Assembly (NCBI GenBank): GCA_963759495.1
Contig: CAVWZL010000014.1
Span: forward strand, 25,961-89,960
Source: an uncultured Chloroflexia bacterium
GTDB taxonomy: Bacteria; Chloroflexota; Limnocylindria; Limnocylindrales; CSP1-4
Reading direction: 5' to 3'
Length of the DNA: 64,000 nucleotides
In this document: piece after piece, positions 1 through 10,753 of the stretch
Layout of the letters: each line of letters begins with the position of its first letter
How positions within the stretch are numbered: position 1 is the stretch's first letter
Notes under the pieces: model-generated
Database searches by the model: none
The model's input: the letters and a program-made list of their open reading frames with translations, nothing else
What the model was told of the DNA's origin: nothing
Program-made: the position numbers and the translations under genes

Positions 1-1031
1 AACCTCACCGAGCGGGTCCTCGAGGTCGTCGGCCGGCTCCGCGGCGGCGACCGGTCGGTCATCTTCATCTCGCACCGCATGATCGAGATCGCCGCCGTGT
101 GCGACCGCGCAACCGTGCTGCGCGAGGGCGCGACGGTCGGCGTGGTCGACGTGACGCCGGGCTCGGAGGAGCGGATCGTCGAGCTGATGCTCGGCCAGAT
201 CGTGGACGCGATGCCCGGCATGGCCGAGCGCGCGCTGGCCGCCGGCCGGGCCGCCGACGCAAAGCCCCGCATCACCGCGCGCGGCCTGACCGATGGCGGC
301 AAGCTGCAGGACGTCTCGTTCGAGCTCTACCCGGGCGAGGTCCTCGGCGTCGTCGCGCTCGAGGGTCAGGGGCAGGACGAGCTCTTCGACATCCTGGCCG
401 GGTCGGAGCGGCCAAAGGCCGGCGAGCTGCTGGTCGACGGCGTCGCCGGCGTCGTTCGGCCATCCCGCCGACGCGATCCGGGCAGGGCTCGTCTACGTCC
501 CGGCCGATCGCGCCGAGGCGCTGCTCATGCAGCGGTCCGTGCGCGAGAACATCGCGCTGCCGTTCACCACGCGCCTCCCCACGTGGGGGCCGATCAACAC
601 CGGGCGTGAGCGCAAGACGGTCGACTCGCGCGATCGAGCGGCTCCAGATCGACACGCGCGCCCAGCGCGAGGTGCGACGCCTGTCCGGCGGCAACCAGCA
701 GAAGGTCACGATCGCGCGCTGGGTGGCGGGCGGCGTCCGCACGATGCTCTGCTTCGACCCCACCCGCGGCATCGACATCCGGACCAAGCACCAGATCTAC
801 GTCCTGCTGCGCGACCTGGCCGAGGCCGGGGCCGCCGTCCTCCTGTACACGTCGGAGCTCAAGGAGATCCAGCTCGTCTGCGACCGCGCGATCGTGATCT
901 TCGGCGGGCGGGTCGTGGCCGAGATCGATGCTGCCGGGAGCCGACGAGCCGACCCTCCTTCGCGCGGCGTACAACCTGCGGCCGGACGCGGCGATGCCCG
1001 AGACGATCGCCGCCGAGGCCGTCGCGGCTGA
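1..1031 (+). pseudogene. Sugar (ribose/galactoside-type) ABC transporter ATP-binding protein, tandem NBD, 5' end off-window; frame broken >=3 times
   Basis: Frame 1 from nt 1 (..SVIFISHRMIEIAAVCDRATVLREG.., then LYPGEVLGVVALEGQGQDELF). Frame 2 from ~450 (SFGHPADAIRAGLVYVPADR). Frame 0 from ~630 (LSGGNQQKVTIARW, MLCFDPTRGIDIRTK, LLYTSELKE). Frame 1 again from ~935 (ADEPTLLRAAYNL). True stop uncertain. Confidence 0.8.
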
Positions 1032-1083
1032 CCCTGAAGGCAGCCCTGCGCGGCCATGCCCCGAACGCGGCGGAGGACGTGCG

Positions 1084-2089
1084 ATGAGCGCCGCGGCCCC
1101 GACGGTCGACGCCGTGGGCGCGGCCCGCGGCGGCGCCGTCACGGGCTGGCTCCGGCGGAACAGCTGGACGCTCGGCCTGCTCGCGTTCCTCGGCCTGCTG
1201 CTGCTCTTCACGCGGATGATCCAGCCAACCTACGGCGTCGCCGGGATCCAGGGGCTCGCGAGCTCGGTCCTGCCGCTGGCGCTCGCGGCGGCCGCGCAGG
1301 CGATCATCGTGATCTCCGGCGGGATCGATCTCTCGATCGGGTCGATGATGGCGTTGACGAGCGTCGTCGCTGCCTCCCAGATGAAGGGCCAGAGCGAGGA
1401 GTTCGGGGTCATCGTCGTCCTGGGCGTCCTGGCGCTCGGCCTGCTGCTCGGGGCGGTCAACGGCTCACTGGTCGTCATCACCCGCGTCCCCGACATCGTC
1501 GTGACGCTCGCGATGTCGTTCGTCTGGGCAGGGCTCGCGCTCATCGTGCTGCGGACGCCGGGCGGCGGCTCAGCAGTCTGGCTTGCCGACATCGTCACCG
1601 GCTCAGCTCCTCAACGAGTGGATCCCGCAGGCGGCGATCGTGCTGATCGTCGTCGTCGCGGTCATCTGGGTCCCGATCCAGCGATCGCGGCTCGGGCTGT
1701 CGCTCTATGCCATCGGCAGCAACCAGCTGGCCGCCTTCCGGAGCGGCGTGTCGGTCGGGCGGACGAAGGTGATTGCGTACATGCTCGGCGGCCTGTTCGC
1801 GGCGCTCGCCGGCCTGTCCCTGACGGCGAGCACACGGATCGGCGCGCCGGTGCCCGGCCCCTACACGCTGCTCAGCGTCGCGGCGGTCGTCCTCGGCGGC
1901 GTGAGCCTCGCGGGCGGACGGGGCGGCGTCTTCGGACCGATCATCGGCGTCGTGATCCTGCGCCTGATCCAGACCGACATGACGTTCCTCAAGATGAACA
2001 CGAACCTCGCGACCGTCGCCCAGGGAATCATCCTCATCGGCGTGGTCATGCTCGGCAGCTACGTCCAGCTGCGACGGAGCCGGGCATGA
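1084..2089 (+). pseudogene. Sugar ABC transporter permease (RbsC/AraH type), one frame change
   Basis: ATG 1084 in the frame of ORF 928..2448. Multi-TM sequence with IIVISGGIDLSIGSMMALTS. Near ~1600 it continues in ORF 1583..2089 (YAIGSNQLAAFRSGVSVGRTK, GGVSLAGGRGGVFG). TGA 2087-2089 overlaps the next ATG. Confidence 0.8.
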
Positions 2090-3079
2090 GCGGCGCGGAG
2101 GCCGTTGCGCCCGTGCGCAGCTCGTGGCTTGGCGGCATGCAGCGCCTCTTCCGCGACCGGCCGATCCTGCCGCTGGTCGCGCTGCTCGTCGTGCTGGTCG
2201 TCGCTCTTCGAGTTCGGGCCCGGCGCCGTCAACCTGAACTGGGCCGGCGTCGTGCTCCGTCAGGCCGTGCCGCTGGCCATCCTCGCCGCCTGCCAGACGC
2301 TGACGATGCTCACCGGCGGGATCGACCTCTCCGTCGGGGCGGTTGCGTCCATGTCGGGCTTCCTCGTCGCGACGCTGGTCGGCGATCTGGGCCTCGCCCA
2401 TGGCGATCCTCATCGCGATGCTTGCAGCCGCGCTGGCCGGGCTGGTGACCGGCATCGGCGTGGGCGTCTTCCGCGTCCACCCGTTGATCATGACCCTGGG
2501 CATGAGCCTCGTCGTCCTCGGGCTGTCCAACGTCTGGCAGCTCGTCATGGTCCAGACGGGCTCCGGCGTCCCGGCCGAGCTTCGGACGCTTGGCTCGAAC
2601 CTGCTCGCCACGTTCATCCCGTACAGCCTCATCGTCTTCGTCCCGCTGGCGCTCCTCATCCTGCTGGCGCTGCGACGGAGCGGGCTTCGGACGGCTGCTG
2701 TACGCCGTCGGCGACAACCCGATCGCGGCGCGACTCTCCGGGGCGCGTTCCTGGCAGGTCCTCATCGTCCTGTACGTGATGTCCGCGCTCCTCGCCGGCG
2801 ATCGCCGGGCTGCTCATCTCGGGGCTCAACAACGTCGCGAGCGTGACGCTCGCCGATTCGTACGTGCTGCCGTCTGTCGCTGCGGCCGTCATCGGCGGCA
2901 CGTCGATCATGGGCGGCCGAGGCGGCTTCGCCGGCACGATCGTCGGCGCGCTGATCCTCACCGTGATCACGTCGCTGCTCTCGTCGCTCGGCTACCCCGA
3001 GGCGGTCCGCCAGATCCTGTTCGGCGCGATCATCGTCGCCGTCGCCGCCGCATACACGCGCGTGACCTCCGACACCTGA
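2086..3079 (+). pseudogene. Second sugar ABC transporter permease, about 4 frame changes
   Basis: ATG 2086 overlaps the previous stop (ATGA). Family motifs LTMLTGGIDLSVGAV, LYAVGDNPIAARLSG and IGGTSIMGGRGGFAG are spread over the frames of ORFs 928, 2105, 2343, 2590 and 2843. Shifts lie near ~2205, ~2400, ~2680 and ~2800. Confidence 0.8.
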
Positions 3080-3098
3080 GCCAGAGCGGGAGGGGCGG

Positions 3099-4083
3099 AT
3101 GAAGACGGCGGCACGCCCGGCGGTGAGCCGGCACCTCGGGCTGGACCTGGGTGCGACCAACCTGAAGTGGAGCGTCGTCGAGCACCGACCCGACGGATGG
3201 GCGACCGTCGCCCGGGAGCAGGTCACGACACGGATCGCCCCCGACCCTGACGCCATCCCTGCCGGCGTGGTCGCTCAGCTGGCCGACACTGCCGTCGCGG
3301 CCATTGCGGCATGGCCGGGGGTCCGGACGATCGGGATCGGCGTCCCGGGCCTGTACGACCCGGCTGCAGGCACGACCCGGTTCATCGTCAACATCCCCGG
3401 CCCCTGGGCAGGGTTCCAGGTCGCGTCGCCCGTCGCCGCTGCCACAGGCATCCCGACCGTCCTCGTCAACGACGCTCGCGCCTTCGGGCTTGCCGAGCTT
3501 CGCCTTGGAGCCGGGCGCGGCGCGTCGTCGATGATCGGCCTGACGCTCGGCACGGGTGTGGGTGGCGTCATCGCGATCGACGGGCGGGTGCACCAGGGTC
3601 ACGACGGGACGGGTGGCGAGATCGGCCATCAGACAATCGACCCCGACCGGGCCACCATGCGGCTGCGGGAACAACGGATGTCTCGAGGCGTTCACGCGCG
3701 CGGACCGGCTCGCAGAGGCGTGCGGGACGGCGACCGCGGCCGAGGCCGTCGCGGCGGCACGCGCCGGGGACCCGCAGGCGCTGGAGGGGTTCGATCGGGT
3801 GGGACATCTGCTGGGGATCGGGATCGCGAACATGATTGCCGTCATCACTCCCGATCGCGTCGTGCTGGGTGGCGGGATCGCGGCCTCGGCGGACCTCCTC
3901 CTCGGCGGGATCCGGGCCGAGCTGGAGCGGCGGGTCAGGACGACGGCGCTCGACGAGGTCGAGATCGTGACCGCCGAGCTCGGCACCTGGGCCGGAGCCA
4001 TCGGCGCGGCCATCCACGGAGCGGAGGCGGCCGCCCGTGCACCTGCCCACGGGGCGGGCGGCATCCCGGTGCTGGCCCGATGA
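3099..4083 (+). pseudogene. ROK family sugar kinase/regulator, one frame change
   Basis: GGGAGGGG RBS precedes ATG 3099. Motifs HLGLDLGATNLKW, LVNDARAFGLAE and GTGVGGVIAIDG. After ~3650 it continues in ORF 3556..4083 with the ROK zinc motif CGCGNNGCLE. Confidence 0.8.
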
Positions 4084-4808
4084 GCGCGTCGGACCAGCCC
4101 CAGCACCGGCTCATCGAGCAGGTCCTGCGCGAGCGCATCTCGAGCCTCCCGCCCGGCGAGCGCGTGCCGTCCGATGCCGAGCTGTGCGCCGAGTTCGGCG
4201 TAAGCCGCATGACCGCGCGACAGGCGATGCAGCGGCTCGCCGAGGACGGCCTCATCCGACGCGAGCCGGGTCGTGGCACGTTCGTCGCGAAGACGTCCGC
4301 GCATCGACGGACCAACCGGCTCATGACGTTCACCCAGGAGATGAGCCGCGCCGGCCGGGTGCCGTCGTCGCGGGTGCTCACGCGCGTCATTCGACCGGCC
4401 GCGTCGACCGAGGCAGCCGCGCTGCGCATCCCGGCACGCCAGCCGATCGTCCACCTGCAGCGGCTCCGCCTCGCCGACGGGGAGCCGATCGTGCTCGAAT
4501 CGACGGTTCTGATCCGCGAGACGGCCGACGCGGTCATGGGCGCCGATCTCGCGCACGGGTCGCTCCACGAGACGCTGCGGCAGGCCGGGTTCGGGCTCAA
4601 GGAGGGCACCGGGACGCTGTCTGCCGCGGCAGCCACCACGTCGGAGGCGCGCCTTCTCGCGATTCGTGCGCGCGAGCCACTGCTCGTGGAGCGGCGGGTG
4701 ATCGTCGATGGTGACGATCGGCCGATCGAGGCGACGGAGTCCCGGTACGTGGCGAACCGCTATGCGCTCGTCGTGCAGTTCGACGTCGAGCGCGCCGACG
4801 AAACCTGA
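4080..4808 (+). CDS. GntR family transcriptional regulator (HutC/UTRA-type)
   Basis: ATG 4080 overlaps the ROK stop (ATGA). N-terminal wHTH PSDAELCAEFGVSRMTARQAMQRLAEDGLIRREPGRGTFV with a UTRA-like C-terminal half. Intact in the frame of ORF 3099..4808. Confidence 0.85.
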   Translation: MSASDQPQHRLIEQVLRERISSLPPGERVPSDAELCAEFGVSRMTARQAMQRLAEDGLIRREPGRGTFVAKTSAHRRTNRLMTFTQEMSRAGRVPSSRVLTRVIRPAASTEAAALRIPARQPIVHLQRLRLADGEPIVLESTVLIRETADAVMGADLAHGSLHETLRQAGFGLKEGTGTLSAAAATTSEARLLAIRAREPLLVERRVIVDGDDRPIEATESRYVANRYALVVQFDVERADET

Positions 4809-4826
4809 GCTGGGGAGGCGACTCCC

Positions 4827-5615
4827 CTAGCGGCCCGGCATCGCGCCGAACGTGCGCTCGATGTCGTCGAGAATCCGAACCGTCGCCTCCTCGACCACCG
4901 ACAGGTAGCGCTCGCCGAACTCGGCGGTCGCCTCGCGCGCGTCGCCCCACGTCCCCGACTCCGTGGCGCGGTACACCGATCCGGGCGCCGAGAAGAAGAA
5001 CGCGGTGTGGACGGGCGCAGGGTTCGTGACCTCGGGGAACGGCGGGAACTCGCGGTTGGCGGCGTCCATGTCGACGAGGTCCGGGTTGATCGCGAGGACG
5101 GCGGCCGTCTCCCCCTTGTTCGCGTGGAGACCGTTCGACGGTCCGAAGAACTCACCCGCCTCGTCCGCCGTCATGCCGTCCCAGTAGTTGATCGGGAACG
5201 TCCGCGCCCCCTCCGGCAGTCGCTCGGCAGCGCTCGCACATGCGTAGGCGATCGCGTACGTGTTGTCGTAGTGGCCGTTGAGGAACACGATCCGGCGGAA
5301 GCCCATCGTCGCCAGGCCCACGGCAACGTCCTCGATGAGCGCCATGAACGTGGCGACCCGGATGTGGACGACCCCCGTGAAGCCCGCGTGCGGGTACGAC
5401 AGGGCGTAGTTGATCGTCGGGGCGACGGCCGCGCCGATGCGTGACGCGACCCGCCGCGCGACCTCGTTCGGGATGATCGCGTCGGTCAGCAGGGGTCCAT
5501 GCGGTCCGTGCTGCTCGGTGGAGCCGGTCGGGACGATGACGGTGTCGTGCTCGCGCAGGAAGGCCTCGACCTCGGGGTTCGTCATCTCGCCGAGGAACAC
5601 GGTCGACGGTTTCAC
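4827..5615 (-). CDS. Creatininase-family amidohydrolase
   Basis: Intact 262-aa ORF. Family motifs VPTGSTEQHGPHGPLLTD and FLNGHYDN. TAG stop at 4827. Confidence 0.8.
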   Translation of the reverse strand: MKPSTVFLGEMTNPEVEAFLREHDTVIVPTGSTEQHGPHGPLLTDAIIPNEVARRVASRIGAAVAPTINYALSYPHAGFTGVVHIRVATFMALIEDVAVGLATMGFRRIVFLNGHYDNTYAIAYACASAAERLPEGARTFPINYWDGMTADEAGEFFGPSNGLHANKGETAAVLAINPDLVDMDAANREFPPFPEVTNPAPVHTAFFFSAPGSVYRATESGTWGDAREATAEFGERYLSVVEEATVRILDDIERTFGAMPGR

Positions 5616-5636
5616 GGGTGGGTCCTCCTGGCTGGA

Positions 5637-6485
5637 TCAGCCGATGGTGGTGGTGAGCTGGCCGATGCCCTCGATCTGCACGACCACGGTATCCCCACGC
5701 TCGAGATGACGGTCGGAGCCGGGCGGGGTCGCAAGGCGCGCCGGCGTGCCGCTCGCGATCAGGTCGCCGGGGCGCAGGACGAGGTGGCGGCTGAGGTACG
5801 CGACGATCTCCGCGATGCCGAAGCGCATCGAGGACGTGCGCCCGTCCTGAATGGGCTCGCCGTTGATGGTGCACCGGACGGCGAGGTCGGCGGGATCGAG
5901 CTCGTCGCGAGTCACGACCCACGGGCCGACGGGGCAGAACCCCGGCATCGACTTGCCGAGCAGCCACTGGTCGCCGTCCAGCCAGGCGTCCCGGGACGAG
6001 ATGTCGTTGATGCACGTATAGCCGAAGACGTGCTCGAGGGCGGTGTCCGGCTCGACCTGCCAGGCCGTCCTGCCGATCACGATCCCGAGCTCGACCTCCG
6101 CGTCGACGGTGGGCGCGACGGCGCGGTTCCAGGTCAGGACTGCACCGGGCGCCCCGACCGACGCGGCCGCCTTCCCGTATACGAGCGGTTGGAGCGGACC
6201 ACTCCCCGGGGGCTCACCCGGAACCCGGTAGTTGTGGCCGATCGTGTAGATCGCACCGGGATCGGGCACCGCTGGACCGAGCTCAACCCCGTCGATCGGC
6301 CGCCAGTCGGCATCGTGTTGCAGCCCAACCCAGGTCGACAGCTCGGCGAGGACGGCAGCGCCACCCGCGGCGAGGTCGCGGACGGACGCCACGCCCATCT
6401 CCGAAGCCGTGACGGGCAGCGCGAGGCCGTCCTGCACCACGGCGAGGATCGGGCGGCCGGCTTCGATGACGGTGGCGACGCGCAC
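5637..6485 (-). CDS. Fumarylacetoacetate hydrolase (FAH) family protein
   Basis: Preferred GTG start at 6485 (VRVATVIEAGRPILAVV). FAH motifs IYTIGHNYR, EVELGIVIG, GYTCINDISSRD, GKSMPGFCPVGPW, GDLIASGTP. The ORF-track start 6683 would overlap the upstream gene. Confidence 0.8.
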   Translation of the reverse strand: MRVATVIEAGRPILAVVQDGLALPVTASEMGVASVRDLAAGGAAVLAELSTWVGLQHDADWRPIDGVELGPAVPDPGAIYTIGHNYRVPGEPPGSGPLQPLVYGKAAASVGAPGAVLTWNRAVAPTVDAEVELGIVIGRTAWQVEPDTALEHVFGYTCINDISSRDAWLDGDQWLLGKSMPGFCPVGPWVVTRDELDPADLAVRCTINGEPIQDGRTSSMRFGIAEIVAYLSRHLVLRPGDLIASGTPARLATPPGSDRHLERGDTVVVQIEGIGQLTTTIG

Positions 6486-6487
6486 GC

Positions 6488-7348
6488 TCAGGCCCTGGTC
6501 GTCGGATCGGCGAGGAGCGGCTGCACGGCGGCGCGCATCACGTCGGCCATGCCGCCGATCCCGGTCCAGCGCTCGAACGCGATCGCGGCCTGCTGGACGA
6601 GCATCTCCGAGCCGTTCGAGGCACGGAGGCCACGCGCGCGGGCGGCGGCAAGGAGCGGCGTCTCGGCGGGGACATACACGCAATCGAACACGGTCGCGTC
6701 GGGCGGGAGGCGGTCCACATCGATGCTGGCGCCGGGATCGACCATGCCGACGGTCGTGGCATTGACCGCGATGTCAGCTCCAGTCAGGGCTTCCGCGAAT
6801 GCCTCATCGCTGAGCCCGACGCCTTCCAGCGTGCCCGTGCCCGTCCCGCGAAACCGGTCGGCCAGTCGCGCCGCGGCGTCAACGGTCCGGTTGCCGATCG
6901 TCACGTGGCGCGCCCCGGCGTCCAGGCACGCAAACACGACGGCATGGGCCGCACCCCCGGCACCCGCGACGACAACATCGGCTCCTTCGAGCGACCGTCC
7001 CATCGCGCGCTCCACGCCCGCGCGGAACCCCGGCGCATCGGTGTTGAAGCCCACGAGGCGGCCGTCGTCGGTCCGCACGACGTTGTTGACTGCCCCGATC
7101 GCGGTCGCCTCTGGCTCCACCTCGTCCACCAGCCCGGCCACGAGCCGCTTGTACGGCGCGGTGACGCCGAGTCCCAGCCAGGCATCGCTGTCCCGGGCCT
7201 CGCGGACCGCGGGCTCGACGGCGTCCTCGTCGAGCTCGAGCAGGACGTACCGGGCATCGATCCCGCAGGCGTCGAACGCGGCGTCATGCATGACCTGCGA
7301 GTGCCGGCGGCGGAGGGGCTTGCCGATCAGCCCGACCCGACGGGTCAT
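6488..7348 (-). CDS. aroE: Shikimate/quinate 5-dehydrogenase family protein
   Basis: ATG 7348 overlaps the upstream stop (ATGA). Motifs GLIGKPLRRRHSQVMHDAAF, LGVTAPYK, GFNTDAPG, VVVAGAGGAAHAV. The ORF-track start 7867 is a shadow extension. Sits in a catabolic operon, so it may be YdiB-like rather than biosynthetic. Confidence 0.75.
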   Translation of the reverse strand: MTRRVGLIGKPLRRRHSQVMHDAAFDACGIDARYVLLELDEDAVEPAVREARDSDAWLGLGVTAPYKRLVAGLVDEVEPEATAIGAVNNVVRTDDGRLVGFNTDAPGFRAGVERAMGRSLEGADVVVAGAGGAAHAVVFACLDAGARHVTIGNRTVDAAARLADRFRGTGTGTLEGVGLSDEAFAEALTGADIAVNATTVGMVDPGASIDVDRLPPDATVFDCVYVPAETPLLAAARARGLRASNGSEMLVQQAAIAFERWTGIGGMADVMRAAVQPLLADPTTRA

Positions 7349-8391
7349 CGCTGCCAGCGCGCCGGCGGGCGACGGACCGGGCCGGCCGAGGCGGGGAAGG
7401 TCACGTTCGGGATGATGTGATCGACCCACAGCTGGAGCTGGGCCGGGTCCGGCGTCATCGTGTGCAGGAAGAAGTACTCGACGCCCGCGTCCACCCGCGC
7501 CTGGAGCGATGCGATGACCTCGTCGGGCGTCCCGAAGAGGTAGACGGACTCGAGGTACTCCGGCCCGCGCTCGGCGCTCATCACCTTGAGGAACGCCTCG
7601 TGCTGCTGGCGGCGTGCCTCGGCGGGGTCGTCGGTCAGGACGAGGTGCAGGAAGTTCTCGTGCGCCACGAGCGTCTCGGAGGGATCCTTGCCGGCCTCGC
7701 GCATCGCCGTCTGGAGCTCGTCCCAGTCGCGCGCGATGTCCTGCGGCGGGCAGGTGGGACGCGGGATCCAGCCGTCGGCCTTGACCGTCCGCGCCTTGAC
7801 CGACTCGACGAACTTGGGCAGGTCGGGCGACTTGGGCGAAGCCAGCTGCGAGCCGCCACCAATCCACAGCAGCGGGCGCTGCGCCGCGCGTGGCTCGATG
7901 AACACGTCATCCACCGAATAGAACTGGCCGTGATACGTGACCGTCTCGCCTTCGAGCAGCGGCATCATGATGTCGAGCATCTCGTCGGTCCGCTTGCCGC
8001 GCTCCGACTTCTTGACCCCGACCGCGTCGTACTCGGCCTCGTTCCAGCCGACGCCGGCACCCAGGATCACCCGGTTGTCGCTGAGGAACTGGAGCGTCGC
8101 GAGCTCCTTGGCCAGGATGACCGGGTTGCGCAGCGGCATGATCAGGATCGACGTCCCCAGGCGGACCCGCTCCGTTGCCCCGGCCGCCACCGCGAGGGTG
8201 GTCAGCGGCTCCAGCCAGTTGACCGAGTAGAACCGCTTGCCGACGAGCAGGTGGTCGGTGATGAACAGCGAGTCGAACCCCAGGTCCTCCACCGTCCGCG
8301 CGAACTCCTTGATACCGCTCGCGCGTTCCGGGCCGTCGCCCTCCCAGATGTACGACGGCAGGAAGACCCCGAACCGTTCGACCTCAGCCAT
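7345..8391 (-). CDS. LLM-class (luciferase-like) flavin/F420-dependent oxidoreductase
   Basis: Intact 348-aa ORF. Motifs DLGFDSLFITDHL, RVRLGTSILIMPLRNPVILAKELATL, ILGAGVGWNEAEY. Confidence 0.75.
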   Translation of the reverse strand: MAEVERFGVFLPSYIWEGDGPERASGIKEFARTVEDLGFDSLFITDHLLVGKRFYSVNWLEPLTTLAVAAGATERVRLGTSILIMPLRNPVILAKELATLQFLSDNRVILGAGVGWNEAEYDAVGVKKSERGKRTDEMLDIMMPLLEGETVTYHGQFYSVDDVFIEPRAAQRPLLWIGGGSQLASPKSPDLPKFVESVKARTVKADGWIPRPTCPPQDIARDWDELQTAMREAGKDPSETLVAHENFLHLVLTDDPAEARRQQHEAFLKVMSAERGPEYLESVYLFGTPDEVIASLQARVDAGVEYFFLHTMTPDPAQLQLWVDHIIPNVTFPASAGPVRRPPARWQR

Positions 8392-8415
8392 GCATGACCT
8401 CCTGTGGGTGCGGCC

Positions 8416-9196
8416 TCATCGGCCGTGGTAATTGGGTTCGCGCTTGGCGAGGAATGCCGTCGCGCCTTCGAGCAGGTCGTCCGTTGCAAAGATCCGGACC
8501 GAGGTCTCCACCTCGGCTGCGTGCCCCGCCGCCAGATCGCGGTCCAGGGCGTCGTTGAGCAAGGCCTTGACCTCGCGCACGGCGAGCGGGCCGCGCTCCG
8601 CGATCTCCTCGCCGATCTCTCTGGCACGGGCAACGGCGGTCCCGGCCGGAACGACCTCGTTGACCAGGCCGATCCGTTCCGCCTCGGCCGCGGAGATGAC
8701 GCGGCCGGTCAGCAGCAGCTCCCTGGCGCGAGCCATGCCCACGATCCGTGGCAGCCGCTGCGTCCCGCCCGTGCTCGGCGTGACCGCGAGCCGTACCTCG
8801 GGCAGGCCGAGCAACGCCGTCTCTGACGCGACGCGCAGGTCGCAGCACAGGGCGAGCTCCAGCCCACCCCCGAGGGCGTTGCCTTCGATCGCCGCGATCG
8901 TCGGCATCGGCAGGCCGGCAAGACGTTGCGCGCACCCGAGCCTCGAGCTCGGACCGGGCGCGGCCCTCGGGTCCGCGGTGGTGCTCGAAGTCGCGGACGT
9001 TCGACCCGACCGAGAACGCGCGATCGCCACGACCCGTGACGACAACGGCACGTACGTCGCCGGGCGCGGCCGCGGCCAAAATCTCGAGCGCCTCGTCGAG
9101 CTCCGCGAGCAGCTCCCCGGTGACGAGGTTGAGCGGCGGGTTGGCGAGCTCGAGCTGCGCGACCCGGCCCAGCTCCAGCCCAATGAGTGCCGTCAC
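8416..9196 (-). pseudogene. Enoyl-CoA hydratase/isomerase (crotonase) family, one frame change
   Basis: GTG 9196 overlaps the upstream stop. The N-terminus (VTALIGLELGRVAQLELANPPLNLV..VVVTGRGDRAFSVGSNV) lies in the frame of ORF 8384..11137. From ~8940 it continues in ORF 8416..9183 (PTIAAIEGNALGGGLELALCCDLRVA). Confidence 0.8.
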
Positions 9197-10753
9197 GAGG
9201 TGGCCGCAAAGTCGGCGGCGAGACCCATGGGGCCTGTCGCGTACACCCGTCCGTCGATCGGGCGCAGGTCGTCGGCGACCCGTGGCCGGAACCCCATCTG
9301 GCCGATGACGTCGCGCTCGACATCGATGCCGGGCGCGACCTCGACGAGGACGAGCCCGTCGGCCTCGAGTCGGAAGACGGCGCGGTCCGTGATGTACCGG
9401 ACCTCCTGGCCACGCTCGAGCGCGAGCCGCCCATTGAAGGAGACCTGGCGCACCTCGGGGACGAACTTCGGCAGGCTGCCCTCGCGGACGACCCGCACGC
9501 CCCCGTTGATGTCGAGCTGGAGGCCCTGGGCGGTGAGCGTGCCCACGAAGTTGATCCGGCGGGTCCGGGCGCTGATGTTCGGGAAGCCGCCCGGTCCACG
9601 GACGCGGCCTTCGAAGGCGTGGACGTTCACGCTGCCGTCGGGTCCGACCTCCGCAAAGGAGAGGCTTGCGATGTCGAGCCCGCCTCCGTCGTAGAAGTCG
9701 AACATGTTCGGCTGGTCGATCATCGCCTGGTAGTTGAAGCCGGTCCCGCCCTCGTTCCCGGCGACGGGCACGCCCCCGAAGATCCCCTGCTCCACGGTCA
9801 GCACGAGCTGGTCGGTGATCCCCTCCTCCCAGGCCACGCGACCGATGAGCTGGCTGATCCCGAAGCCGAGGTTGCAGATGGCACCGCGCGGAAACTCGAG
9901 CAGCGATCGGCGGGCGATGATCTTGCGGACGTCGAGCGGCAGCGGCGGCTCGGGCGTGACGGGCTTCCGCAGGGCACCCGCGTAGTACGGCGAGTCCTGG
10001 GTGATGTACGTCTGCCACTGGTCGGGATCGACGAAGACGTAGTCGACGAGCGCGCCAGGGACCTTCACATCGCGGAGTGGCATGCTCCCGCGGCGTGCGA
10101 GCCTCCGAACCTGGGCGATCACGATCCCGCCGCTGTTCCGGGCGGCCATGGCCATCGACAGCATCTCGCCCTGGACGGCCTCGCCCTCCATCGTGATGTT
10201 GCCGTCCTCGTCGGCGGTGGTGCCGCGAATGACCGACACGTCGATCGGGAACGCGTGGAACAGCAGCCATTCGCGGCCACGAAGCGTGACGACCTCGACG
10301 AGATCCTCCGTGGTGATCGCGTTCTGCTTGCCGCCGGTCTGGCGCGGGTCGACGTACGTGCCCAACCCGACGTGCGTGAGCAGGCCGGGTCGCCCGGCGG
10401 CGATCTCGCGCGTGAGCTGTGACAGGACGCCCTGCGGAAACGAATACGACTCGAGCTCGTTGGCCTCGACCAGCGCGCCCAGGCCCGGCTCGTTGCCGAT
10501 GTTGCTGCCGATCGTCCGCTTCATGCAGGCCCTTGAGCCCGAGCTGCGAGAAGCCCCGGTCGGCGAAGTCGCCGATCCCGACGACACGGACGGTGGTGAG
10601 GTCGCGTGGCCGGCCTTCCTTCGCGAACACCGCCGCAAGCTCGTCGATGAACCGCTGCGGGACGGCATGACCCGCCCCGGAGCCGCCGATGAGCACCGTG
10701 CTGCCGTCCTTGACCAGCCCGACGGCCTCGCGCACGTCGACGATCCGTGTCAC
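9193..10753 (-). pseudogene. Family I CoA-transferase, fused alpha/beta (YdiF/acetate CoA-transferase-like), one frame change
   Basis: GTG 10753 overlaps the upstream stop (VTRIVDVREAVGLVKDGSTVLIGGSGAGHAVPQRFIDEL, frame of ORF 8384..11137). It switches near ~10530 to ORF 9193..10668 (NEPGLGALVEANELESYSFPQGV, GTTADEDGNITMEGE, LSFAEVGPDGSVNV). Confidence 0.75.

Noticed and set aside
3030-4568. Long antisense or off-frame ORFs (also 5499..7415, 22897..24729, 43326..44936, 49599..51095, 50683..52110, 57046..59643)
   Set aside because: They have low-complexity R/P/A/G-rich translations and lie opposite or out of frame to genes with clear family motifs. These are GC-driven open frames, not genes (57046..59643 is a composite of SbcCD-like fragments).
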